A DNA stretch of 64,000 nt from positions 3,008,001 to 3,072,000 of the forward strand of contig OY762209.1 in assembly GCA_963665295.1 (NCBI GenBank), in the 5' to 3' direction. Shown piece by piece: positions 8,598 to 17,824 of the stretch. Both the position numbers and the translations under genes were made by a program. Numbering within the stretch: the stretch's first letter is position 1; each line of letters begins with the position of its first letter. Source of the stretch: Syntrophorhabdaceae bacterium (GTDB taxonomy: Bacteria > Desulfobacterota > Syntrophorhabdia > Syntrophorhabdales > Syntrophorhabdaceae). A model generated the notes under the pieces. That model did no database searches and was not told the origin of the DNA. It worked only from the letters and a program-made list of their open reading frames with translations.

Positions 8598-10934
8598 TCA
8601 ACCTCCATTCCTGAGTTTCCAATGGGCTATCATGGCTTGCCCGAGGGCGATGCCCCCGTCATTGGCCGGAACCTCCCGGTGGTAAAGCACCTCGAACCCC
8701 AGTTCGCGCAGAGCGCTGACGGCCCGACGGAAAAGAAACGGGTTCTGCCAGGTGCCGCCGCTCAGCGCTACCTTTGTGATGCCCGTGTCTTCCCTCAGTC
8801 TTACCGATCCATTCTTCACTATTTCCACCATGGCGAGATGAAAGCGGGTGGATATGACGGGGAGGGGCGCGCCGGACAACCGGTCCTCGGCGATGGCCTT
8901 GATAAGCCGGCTTGGAATGATTAAATCGTTAGCAATATCAAATTGATACGGTTCTAAGTTAAAGTTTTGGCTCCGCCCGGCATATGTGTATTCTCCCAAC
9001 TCGATGGCTGCCTGTCCCTCGTAGCTGTTGCAGGTGCAGATGCCGAGGATAGCGGATACCGCGTCGAAAAGCCTCCCCGCGCCTGAAGCGAGGGGGCTCA
9101 TAAACCCCGTTGAGATCATCCGGTCCATGGTCCTCAAGTCCCTGTCGCCGAAGAGCGCCTCTCCATGCCGCCTGCCCTCGTCCCCGAGAAAGGTCGCAAG
9201 AAAGCTGTACCCTGTCCGCCACGGCTCCTTAATGGCAGCCTCTCCCCCGGGAAGGGGCACGTACGCGAGATGGAGCCGGCGGGTGAAACCTGTATAATTG
9301 CCCGTGAGGAATTCGAACCCCCAGAGGTGGCCGTCCGTGCCGTAACCGGTACCGTCGAGTATAATGCCGATCACATCCTCGTTGCCGGTCATGTTTTCCG
9401 CCATGCAGCTTGCGAGATGGGCGTGATGGTGCTGAACGGGCACGTGGGCAGCCGCAGGGACCCTCGAAGCCGCCTCGGCCGACGCATAGCCGGGGTGCAT
9501 GTCGAAGGCGACAACCTCCGGGTTCAGCCCGATAAGCCTCTCGAAGTTGTGCAGGCTGTCGAGGAGGTTATTCTCACCCTCGACATGTTCGATTTCGCCG
9601 ATATACTGGCTCATGAATGCCTGACTGTCCTTGAGGAGACAGAAGTTGTTCTTCATTTCCCCGCCGATCCCCAGGACCACGGGCAACTCCGTTCCCGCCC
9701 GGGGGACCGGGATGGGATCAGGGACATAGCCCCTCGACCTCCTGACGAACTGGGCTTGGCCGTCGACGACCTGGATCAATGAATCATCGCAGCGATTGAC
9801 GATCTCCCTGTCATGGAGGAGGAAGTAATCCGCAATTCCGCCCAACCGGGTCAAGGCCTCCTCGTTATCCTTCGCGAGGGGGAAACTACTGTAATTACCG
9901 CTTGTCATTACGAGCGCCCGAAACGGACCGTTAAACAGAAGTATATGAAATGGGCTGTAAGGTATCATAACTCCTAAGGTATTAAGACCGGGAGCGAGGC
10001 TTTCGGGAAGGTTGAAGTCCCCCTTTCGCCGCAATATCACTATGGGGGCACGGGGTGAGGCAATAAGCTCCCTCTCTTCCGGTCCCATGAGACAGTACTC
10101 TTCGATGGTCTTGAGGTCACGGCACATGACAGCGAGCGGTTTTGCGCCTCTGCCCTTCCGTATGCGGAGGGTCTCGACAGCCTGCCTGTTATGGGCGTCA
10201 CAGGCGAGATGAAAACCTCCTATGCCCTTGAGGGCGAGGATCCTGCCTTCCCCTAAGATGTCCCAGCATGCCTCCATCCAGTTGTCCTCGACACCGTGCC
10301 TTCGGCCGTCCCGGTCCGTGAGGTAAACATGGGGGCCGCATTCAGGACAGGCTACCGGCTGGGCGTGAAATCGCCTGTCCAAGGGGTTGTGGTATTCTTT
10401 GGCGCATGCGTCGCACATGACGAATTCCGCCATCGATGTCTTGAGGCGGTCGTAGGGGATTTCCTTCGTAATTGTAAAGCGGGGGCCGCAATTTGTGCAA
10501 TTGGTGAAAGGATACCGGTAGTGGCGGTCCCGGAGGCTCAGAATGTCTTCCCTGCAGGCGCTGCAGGTAGCCACGTCCGGGGGTACAAGGCACGTGTTTT
10601 CGCCGGCGGAAGCGCTTTTGAGTATCTCGAAACTCGTGTAGCCCACGACGGGCACGCGGTTGACCGTGCAGTCCGCAATACGCGAAAGCCGGGGCGGACG
10701 GAGGGTGAGTTCCTCGACAAAGAGTCTGAGATCGGGTTCGTTTCCCTCTACATCGATAATCACTCCTCTTGCCGAGTTAAAGACCGTGCCTTTAAGCGAG
10801 TGGGCGGCGGCGAGGCCATAGACAAAGGGGCGGAACCCTACGCCCTGGACTGTCCCTGTTACGGTAACGAGGAACCTCGCCTTTTCGGTCGCGCCCGGAG
10901 GGGCGTCGGATATGATTGCATGTCTCCGATGCAT
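8598..10934 (-). CDS. hypF: Carbamoyltransferase HypF
   Basis: GTVQGVGFRPFVY acylphosphatase domain, two CxxC Zn fingers (NCTNCGPR, CPECGP), KGIGGFHL, QHHHAH, DGTGYG, NDGGIALGQ. Confidence 0.97.
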   Translation of the reverse strand: MHRRHAIISDAPPGATEKARFLVTVTGTVQGVGFRPFVYGLAAAHSLKGTVFNSARGVIIDVEGNEPDLRLFVEELTLRPPRLSRIADCTVNRVPVVGYTSFEILKSASAGENTCLVPPDVATCSACREDILSLRDRHYRYPFTNCTNCGPRFTITKEIPYDRLKTSMAEFVMCDACAKEYHNPLDRRFHAQPVACPECGPHVYLTDRDGRRHGVEDNWMEACWDILGEGRILALKGIGGFHLACDAHNRQAVETLRIRKGRGAKPLAVMCRDLKTIEEYCLMGPEERELIASPRAPIVILRRKGDFNLPESLAPGLNTLGVMIPYSPFHILLFNGPFRALVMTSGNYSSFPLAKDNEEALTRLGGIADYFLLHDREIVNRCDDSLIQVVDGQAQFVRRSRGYVPDPIPVPRAGTELPVVLGIGGEMKNNFCLLKDSQAFMSQYIGEIEHVEGENNLLDSLHNFERLIGLNPEVVAFDMHPGYASAEAASRVPAAAHVPVQHHHAHLASCMAENMTGNEDVIGIILDGTGYGTDGHLWGFEFLTGNYTGFTRRLHLAYVPLPGGEAAIKEPWRTGYSFLATFLGDEGRRHGEALFGDRDLRTMDRMISTGFMSPLASGAGRLFDAVSAILGICTCNSYEGQAAIELGEYTYAGRSQNFNLEPYQFDIANDLIIPSRLIKAIAEDRLSGAPLPVISTRFHLAMVEIVKNGSVRLREDTGITKVALSGGTWQNPFLFRRAVSALRELGFEVLYHREVPANDGGIALGQAMIAHWKLRNGG

Positions 10935-10942
10935 GTTTATAT

Positions 10943-10971
10943 ATTATAATGGCTGTCAAGTATAAAGTAAA
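10943..10971 (-). promoter_or_regulatory. Sigma70-type promoter for hypFCDE
   Basis: Minus strand TTTACT-N17-TATAAT, with the -10 only 8 nt upstream of the hypF ATG. Confidence 0.55.
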
Positions 10972-10988
10972 CGTGGGGCGCCGCAATA

Positions 10989-12394
10989 CTACAGGTAGAG
11001 GTCGCGTTCTCCTTGTTCGAGTCTCTTGAGTCTTTCCTCTGTTTCCTTCCGCACCAGTGGATCGGGAATTGCTTTCAGGTGTTCCTCTATGGTCTTTTCT
11101 CCAAGCTTCTTAAGCTCGTCCGAGCCATAGTCAATGAGGTATTCCTTGAAAGTGAGGATCGCATTGGGCTGGCATACGTTTTGAATCTCCCCGCTCTTGG
11201 CCAGCGGCATGAACCTGTCGCCTGTGCGTCCTTTCCGGTAACAGGCGGTGCAGAAGCTCGGGATATAGCCCGCCTCACAGATACTCGCGAGCACCTCTTC
11301 CGGTGTACGGTGGTCCTCCACCTGGAATTGGCCGGGTGAAGGTTTCTTTATGTCCTCGTGGTAGCCGCCGACGCCCGTGCAGGAACCGGCGCTTATCTGG
11401 GAGATCCCCAGGGCGATGGCTTCGTCTCTGAACGCCGCCCGTTCCCTCGTGGAAAGGAGCATGCCTGTATAGGGGACGGCAAGGCGTATTATGGCAATGA
11501 CCTTGCGGAATTCGTCGTCCCTCACCAGGTGAGGAAAATTCCCCATATGGATCCCGGTGGCCGGGCGCAACCGGGGCACGGAAATGGTATGGCACCCCAC
11601 ACCGAAAAGCTCTTCCAGGTGGAGGGAATGGAAGAGAAGTCCCAGGACCTCGAACTTGTAATCGTACAGGCCGAAGAGGACTCCAAGGCCCACGTCGTCT
11701 ATGCCCGCCTCCATGGCCCTGTCCATAGCCGTGGCGTGCCAATCGTAATCCTTTTTCGGACCGCCGGGATGCATCTTCCTGTAAGTCTCCCGATGATAGG
11801 TTTCCTGAAAAAGAACATAGGTTCCGATACCCACTTCCTTCAGCTTCCGGTAGTCTTCAACGGTGGTTGCCGCTATGTTGACGTTGACCCGCCTTATGCT
11901 GCCCATCCGTTCCTTGACTTTATAAATGGTGCGTATAACCTCCAGTATATAGTCGATGGGGCAATTCCTGGGGTCTTCACCTGCTTCCAGGGCCAACCGC
12001 TTGTGACCCATGGCTTCCAGGACCACGACCTCCTCCTCGATCTCCGCCATGGTAAGCTTTCGATGGTCAAGCCTGTTGTCCCGGCGATACCCGCAATAGA
12101 CACAGTTGTTTATGCAGTAGCTGCTCACGTAAAGAGGAGCGAAAAGGACGACCCTTTTCCGTATATCTTCAGTTTGACCTCGCGGGCCGCCTCAAACATG
12201 AGGTGTACCAGTTCCGGGTCTTCGGTTTCGAGGAGAACGGCCGTCTCGTACGGCGTAAGGCCTTTAGATTCCCGAGCCTTCGATATGATATCCCGTACCG
12301 ATCGGGGGTCCACCCCTTTTGCTTTTGTGAGGAGGTAGTTGATCTCTTCCTCGTCGATGAAATCAGCTTTGAGACTTGCCTTTCCCGCAGCCAT
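10989..12394 (-). pseudogene. hydG: [FeFe]-hydrogenase maturase HydG, split by a 1-nt frameshift at ~12155-12158 (may be a sequencing error)
   Basis: ORFs 12125..12394 and 10989..12128 join as ...IYGK-RVVLFAPLYVSSYCINNCVYC if one A is added to GGAAAAGG; the CxxxCxxC, HTISVPR and C-terminal CxxCx22C motifs of HydG are intact. Confidence 0.9.
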
Positions 12395-12414
12395 GAGGTC
12401 CTCCTGTTCGCGTG

Positions 12415-13647
12415 TTAATCCCCGAAGACCTCCCTGGCCTCGGGAAAGGGCATGAGCGCCCGTTTAAGGATACCGTGGACATAGGCGATGAGCACCCCGT
12501 AATTGACCATGGGTACCCCCGCTTCCTCGGTGGCCATGAGCCGGTGGAGCATTTCTTTCCGGTTGATCATGCATGCGCCGCAGTGGACGATCAATTTGTA
12601 ATCCTTTACATCATCAGGCAGTTCAAGACCGCTTACCCAATGAAAATCCAGGGCGCCGCCCACGATCTGCCTGAGCCAACGGGGAATCTTTACCGTGCCG
12701 ATATCGTCTTCCACCCTGTGATGGGTGCAGGCTTCGGCAATGAGCACCTTATCGCCCGGCTGAAGGTCTTCAATGGCTTTCGCTCCTTCCGCAAGAGCCC
12801 GGAGGTCCCCTTTGTAACGGGCAAAGAGGATAGAAAAAGAGGTCATCATTACGTCTTTCGGTGTATCCGCCGCCACCTTCAGGAAGGCCTGGGAATCGGT
12901 CACCACGAGACGGGGTTTTTCTTTCAGGTTGCCCAGGGCGGCCTTCAGTTCCCGCTCTTTTGCGATCACCGTGATGGCATCGTTGTCGAGAATATCCCTG
13001 ATTGTCTGGACCTGGGGAAGTATGAGGCGGCCTTTCGGGGCGGCGAGGTCAATGGGCACCACGAGCACCACTGTATCTCCCGGAGAGATGAGGTCCCCGA
13101 GGATGGTGGGCGACACCCAGTCTTTCGGCGCCGACCGGATCATGGTCATCTTCAGTTCATGGATACCCTCTTTCGTGATGGCGCTCACCGCCACCACGGG
13201 AAGGTCGAGTTTCACCCTTATCGCCTCGATGGAAAGGGAAGGGTGGAGGTCTTTCTTGTTTACCACCGCAATGACCGGCACGTGGTTTTCCTTCGCCCTG
13301 ACGATCACTTCCTCTTCATATTTACCGGCCTCGTTCGACGGGTCGATTACCAGAAGAAGGAGGTCTGTCTTGGCGAGCACGGACAGGGCCTTCCGGATAC
13401 GGAGGGCTCCCAGTTCGCCCACATCGTCGATGCCTGCCGTGTCTATGAGCACGACCGGCCCGATGGGCAATATTTCCATGGATTTATACACGGGGTCGGT
13501 GGTGGTGCCGGGCACATCGGAGACGATGGCAATGTTCTGGTTGGTGAGGGCATTTATCAGGCTTGATTTCCCTGCATTACGCCTGCCGAAAATCGCGATA
13601 TGCAATCTGCTTCCACGGGGAGTCTCATTGAGGGTTGTATCTACCAT
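12415..13647 (-). CDS. hydF: [FeFe]-hydrogenase H-cluster maturation GTPase HydF
   Basis: GRRNAGKS P-loop, GTTTDPV, DTAG, PKGRLILPQVQ, EACTHH...HCGACM Fe-S motif. Confidence 0.97.
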   Translation of the reverse strand: MVDTTLNETPRGSRLHIAIFGRRNAGKSSLINALTNQNIAIVSDVPGTTTDPVYKSMEILPIGPVVLIDTAGIDDVGELGALRIRKALSVLAKTDLLLLVIDPSNEAGKYEEEVIVRAKENHVPVIAVVNKKDLHPSLSIEAIRVKLDLPVVAVSAITKEGIHELKMTMIRSAPKDWVSPTILGDLISPGDTVVLVVPIDLAAPKGRLILPQVQTIRDILDNDAITVIAKERELKAALGNLKEKPRLVVTDSQAFLKVAADTPKDVMMTSFSILFARYKGDLRALAEGAKAIEDLQPGDKVLIAEACTHHRVEDDIGTVKIPRWLRQIVGGALDFHWVSGLELPDDVKDYKLIVHCGACMINRKEMLHRLMATEEAGVPMVNYGVLIAYVHGILKRALMPFPEAREVFGD

Positions 13648-15077
13648 AGGTCTTTTTCCGCCTTTTTCGGTTTCAGTTTGCGCGATCCGGCGATGCCGGG
13701 CCGCGTGAGTTCGGGTGTTCTAAAGATAGCGTCTAATTCCTCAGCCTTCAAAATACCGCTTTCCAGGGCCGCTTCCCTGACGGATTTCCCTTCCGCAGCG
13801 GCTTTACCCGCGAGACGGGCCGCTTCTTCATAGCCGATATAGGGGACGAGGGCGGTCACGAGGCAGAGGCTTTCCTCGAGCCATTTCCTGCAGTTCTCTT
13901 CATTTGCGACGATATCTTCTATACACCGGGTCCTGAGAGCGACTGCTGCGTTAGTGAGGAGTCTCAGCGAGGAAAGAAGGTTGTACGTGATGAGGGGGAG
14001 GCAGGGGTTAAGCTCCAACTGTCCCGCAGCCGCTGCCATGGCTATGCCCTGGTCGTAGCACATGACTTGAAAGGCAACCTGGATCACCATTTCGGGTATC
14101 ACGGGGTTTACCTTGGCAGGCATGATGGAAGAACCCGCCTGAAGCCGGGGTAGTGCGATCTCCGCTATGCCGCCGCGGGGCCCGGAGGAGAGCAGTTTCA
14201 GGTCCCCCGATATTTTCGCGAAATTTGCCGCCGCAGCCTTCAGGAGGCCCGAAACCTCCACAAAGACGTCTGCATTCTGGGTAAGGTCCACCATGTTTTC
14301 GGCCCTCGCAATCCCGAGACCCGTGATGTCCTGCAACTCCTCTATGGTTGCATAAATATACTCGCGCCGCGCATTGAGTCCTGTGCCCACGGCGGTGCCT
14401 CCGAGGTTTACCTGCCTCAGCCGCTCCTCAACTTTGAAAAGTCGCCAGCGGTCGCGGGCAACAGTCTCCGCGAAGGCTCCGAATTCCTGCCCGAGGGTTA
14501 TGGGAAGGGCGTCCTGCATTTCGGTCCTGCCAAGTTTAAGAATATGGGCAAAGGCCGCTTCCTTCTCCTGGAACGCCCCTTGCAGTCGGGCGATCACCTC
14601 GCTCAAAGCGAGGACCATCTTGATGGCCGCAACCTTCAGGGCCGTGGGATACACGTCGTTTGTCGATTGGGAGAGGTTCACGTGGTCCAGGGGGTCTACG
14701 AGGCCGTAGTCACCCTTCCTGCCGCCCCGCAGTTCGATGGCCCGGTTTGCGAGGACCTCGTTCATGTTCATATTTGTGGAGGTTCCGGCTCCGCCCTGGA
14801 AGGCATCGGTAATGAACTGGTCCCGGAGTTTGCCTTCGACTACTTCCGCGGCGGCACGCACAATGGCATTGCCTGTCTCCGGATCGAGCAGACCGGTGCG
14901 CATATTCGCCTTTGCGCAGGCCATCTTTACCTGGGCCAGGGCCTCAATCATCTCTTCCGGCACCCGGAGTCCCGAGACAGGAAAATTGGTCACTGCCCTT
15001 ACCGTGTGGATTCCGTAATATGCGTCCGAGGGGACCTCGACAATCCCCAGAAAATCCTTCTCTGTTCTCGATCCCAT
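13641..15077 (-). CDS. aspA: Aspartate ammonia-lyase
   Basis: RTEKDFLG..EVP..AYYGIHTVRA..NF, QGGAGTSTNMNMNEV, SQSTND, GSSIMPAKVNP fumarase/aspartase signature; its stop overlaps the hydF start. Confidence 0.9.
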   Translation of the reverse strand: MGSRTEKDFLGIVEVPSDAYYGIHTVRAVTNFPVSGLRVPEEMIEALAQVKMACAKANMRTGLLDPETGNAIVRAAAEVVEGKLRDQFITDAFQGGAGTSTNMNMNEVLANRAIELRGGRKGDYGLVDPLDHVNLSQSTNDVYPTALKVAAIKMVLALSEVIARLQGAFQEKEAAFAHILKLGRTEMQDALPITLGQEFGAFAETVARDRWRLFKVEERLRQVNLGGTAVGTGLNARREYIYATIEELQDITGLGIARAENMVDLTQNADVFVEVSGLLKAAAANFAKISGDLKLLSSGPRGGIAEIALPRLQAGSSIMPAKVNPVIPEMVIQVAFQVMCYDQGIAMAAAAGQLELNPCLPLITYNLLSSLRLLTNAAVALRTRCIEDIVANEENCRKWLEESLCLVTALVPYIGYEEAARLAGKAAAEGKSVREAALESGILKAEELDAIFRTPELTRPGIAGSRKLKPKKAEKDLW

Positions 15078-15170
15078 AGGCTTGTCCGGTAAGAGTCTAT
15101 ACCTTATTCCCTTTACTTTCAAGGTGGAAGGCTGTGGTATTTCGCCCGGTGCCCCGACAGGGCCCCCGTA

Positions 15171-16406
15171 TTACGCGGTGGTGTCTCTCTCCTGGTTCGC
15201 GGCGGGATTGTAGTTGTCGATGAACTTGCCTTCCCATCGTGCGATGACCACGGTAGCGAGGCAATTGCCGATCACATTCAAGGAGGTTCGCGCCATATCC
15301 ATGATCGTGTCCACTCCGAGAATGAGGGCAACGGCCTTGACGGGCAGTCCGAAGGAGGCAAGGGTGCCTGCGAGAACGACAAGGGATGCCCTGGGCACTC
15401 CTGCCGCTCCCTTGCTTGCGAATATGAGGGAAAAACCCATGATCAACTGCTGACCCCAACTCAGTTCGATTCCCGCTAACTGCGCGGCAAAGACGGAGGC
15501 AAGGGAGAGGTAGAGCGTCGTGCCGTCAAGGTTGAAGCTATAGCCCGTAGGTATGACGAAGGCCACGATATTCCGGGGTACTCCGAGAGACTCCATGGCA
15601 AGCATGGCCTTGGGCAGGGCGGCCTCGGAACTTGTAGTGGAAAAAGCGATGATCGCCGGTTCCTTGACCGCTGAAACAAACCTTCTCAGCGGCACTTTGA
15701 ATATAAGGGCGACAGGCAGGAGGACCAGGAACAGGAAGGCGATAACGCCCGCATAGAGTGCCCCGATGAGAAGGCAGAGGTGGAGCAGGACGGATATCCC
15801 TTTGCCCGCAAGAACAGCTGCTATGGCCCCGCCCACCCCCACGGGGGCATAGCGCATGATGATGGACGTATACTTAAACATAGTCTCGGAGAGGGCCTCG
15901 CAGAAGTCGATGATGGGCTGCTTCTTTTCCTTGATGAGGCTGAGGGCGATGGCGAAGATAATGGTAAATATTACCACCTGGAGCACATCTCCCCGTGAAG
16001 CGGCATCGAAGAAGTTCTCCGGGAATATGTTGATGACCGCATCCTTGAGACTGTGCTGCTTCGCGGTGACCTCGAACCCGGTCGACGCGATGCTGTGGGC
16101 AAGGTTGCAGCCGGGCCTTACCACATTCGCGACAACAAGCCCGAGGAGCAGGGCGAAGGTGGTGATAACCTCAAAATAGATGAGTGATTTCACGCCCATC
16201 CTGCCCACGGACCTCAGGTCTGCATGTCCCGCTATTCCCACCACGAGGGTGGAGAAGATAATAGGTACTATGATGGTTTTTACGAGGCGGATAAATATAA
16301 TGCCGAGGGGTTCGAGCCTTATGCCGATGCCGGGAAAGAGCCATCCCACGGCAAGGCCTGCAACCATCCCGAGAAAGATCAACTGGGTCTGGGACAGTCT
16401 CTTCAT
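15171..16406 (-). CDS. Dicarboxylate/amino acid:cation symporter (DAACS; GltP/DctA-like)
   Basis: AFSTTSSEAALP, PTGYSFNLDGT, DMARTSLNVIGN motifs; multiple TM segments. Confidence 0.92.
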   Translation of the reverse strand: MKRLSQTQLIFLGMVAGLAVGWLFPGIGIRLEPLGIIFIRLVKTIIVPIIFSTLVVGIAGHADLRSVGRMGVKSLIYFEVITTFALLLGLVVANVVRPGCNLAHSIASTGFEVTAKQHSLKDAVINIFPENFFDAASRGDVLQVVIFTIIFAIALSLIKEKKQPIIDFCEALSETMFKYTSIIMRYAPVGVGGAIAAVLAGKGISVLLHLCLLIGALYAGVIAFLFLVLLPVALIFKVPLRRFVSAVKEPAIIAFSTTSSEAALPKAMLAMESLGVPRNIVAFVIPTGYSFNLDGTTLYLSLASVFAAQLAGIELSWGQQLIMGFSLIFASKGAAGVPRASLVVLAGTLASFGLPVKAVALILGVDTIMDMARTSLNVIGNCLATVVIARWEGKFIDNYNPAANQERDTTA

Positions 16407-16541
16407 GGCAACCGGGGCCTCCCTTCTTTCCGTAGTCTATGACAGCAGGTAAAGAATAAACCCTATTTTTTGGACAAAGGCAACAGCAATCGATGGCCGG
16501 CGCGGCGAAAATTGTCCTGCAAACCGGGGTGAAAGTTTTCC

Positions 16542-16570
16542 TTGACAGGATATTTATTTATCGATATAAT
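16542..16570 (+). promoter_or_regulatory. Consensus sigma70 promoter of the rex-hydCBA operon
   Basis: TTGACA (16542-16547), 17-nt spacer, TATAAT (16565-16570). Confidence 0.8.
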
Positions 16571-16629
16571 TTTATCGATAAGAAGATATCAATAAAGAAA
16601 TATCTATAAGACGACGCGGAGGTGGCAGG

Positions 16630-17301
16630 ATGGCAGAGAATGGAGAGAGAAAGGGGGAGGTTATAAAAGCCATACCGGAACCGACGTTGCGGCGGCTTCC
16701 CATTTACTACCAGTACCTGAAAAGGATGCACGATGAAAAGCAGTTCGAATATATCTCATGTACCCGGATAGGTAACGATCTCAACGTGCTGCCCATCCAG
16801 GTAAGAAAGGACCTGCAGGTGGCCGACGCGGTGGGAAAGCCGAAACTGGGTTACGGAGTGACGGAGCTTATCCACACCATCGAGGACTTTCTCGGTTGGA
16901 ACAATACGACGGAAGCGTACCTTGTGGGCGTGGGAAACCTTGGCTCCGCCCTGTTGGGATACCAGGGTTTCAGGGAATACGGCCTCAATATCGTGGCTGC
17001 CTTTGACGTGGATGAGAAGAAGGTCGGCACGGAGGTGAGCGGCAAGAAGGTCCTCCATGCGGCAAAACTGCCCGAAATGATCAGGAGGATGAGTATAAAG
17101 ATAGGCATCCTTACGGTGCCCGCAAGTTCCGCGCAGCAACAGGCTGATGCCATGGTGAAGGCGGGTATCCATGCGATCTGGAATTTTTCCCCTGTGAAGA
17201 TCAATGTCCCGCCGGGCATTATCGTGCAGCATGAGAATCTGGCTTCATCACTCGTAGTACTGTCAAAAAAACTGGCCCTTTCGCTCAACGCGAAGGCCTG
17301 A
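16630..17301 (+). CDS. rex: Redox-sensing transcriptional repressor Rex
   Basis: IPEPTLRRLPIYY, QVRKDL, GKPKLGY, VGVGNLGSAL, AIWNFSP. Confidence 0.95.
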   Translation: MAENGERKGEVIKAIPEPTLRRLPIYYQYLKRMHDEKQFEYISCTRIGNDLNVLPIQVRKDLQVADAVGKPKLGYGVTELIHTIEDFLGWNNTTEAYLVGVGNLGSALLGYQGFREYGLNIVAAFDVDEKKVGTEVSGKKVLHAAKLPEMIRRMSIKIGILTVPASSAQQQADAMVKAGIHAIWNFSPVKINVPPGIIVQHENLASSLVVLSKKLALSLNAKA

Positions 17302-17317
17302 GAGAGAGGCAAGAACG

Positions 17318-17824
17318 ATGGAAACAGTGCGCAAATTTGAAAGAGTCCTGGAAATCGTGGATCAGAACGGGAGGAATTCGGCCCGCCTCATCCCCATACT
17401 TCAGGCAGTCCAGGCGGAATACCGTTATCTGCCGGAAGAGATCCTCACCTTTGTGGCGACATCCCTCGGTATTTCACCGGCGAGGGTCTTCGGCGTCGCC
17501 ACCTTTTACTCCCTTTTCACGTTGAAACCAAAGGGAAAATACCTGATACGGGTGTGCGATGGCACAGCGTGCCATGTGAAGCAGTCATTGGACCTTTACG
17601 ACGCGATAAGCAAGAGGCTTAAGCTGGACGGAGAGATGGAGACCACCTCCGACATGCTTTTCACCCTTGAAACCGTCAACTGTCTCGGTGCGTGCGGTCT
17701 TGCACCGGCGATGGTGATCAACGAAGAGGTCTACGGGCAACTTACCCCGGAGAGGGCATCAGAGATAATCGACGATATTATCCTGAAGGAGGCGTGCAGT
17801 GAATCTAACGACCATGGTGCTTAA
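17318..17824 (+). CDS. hydC: [FeFe]-hydrogenase gamma subunit (NuoE-like [2Fe-2S])
   Basis: LIPILQAVQ..YRYLP, VATFYS, CDGTAC...CLGACGLAP. Confidence 0.92.
   Translation: METVRKFERVLEIVDQNGRNSARLIPILQAVQAEYRYLPEEILTFVATSLGISPARVFGVATFYSLFTLKPKGKYLIRVCDGTACHVKQSLDLYDAISKRLKLDGEMETTSDMLFTLETVNCLGACGLAPAMVINEEVYGQLTPERASEIIDDIILKEACSESNDHGA

Noticed and set aside
16527..16544. Possible Rex box GGGTGAAAGTTTTCCTTG upstream of rex
   Set aside because: Only about 8 of 14 consensus positions match; too weak to call
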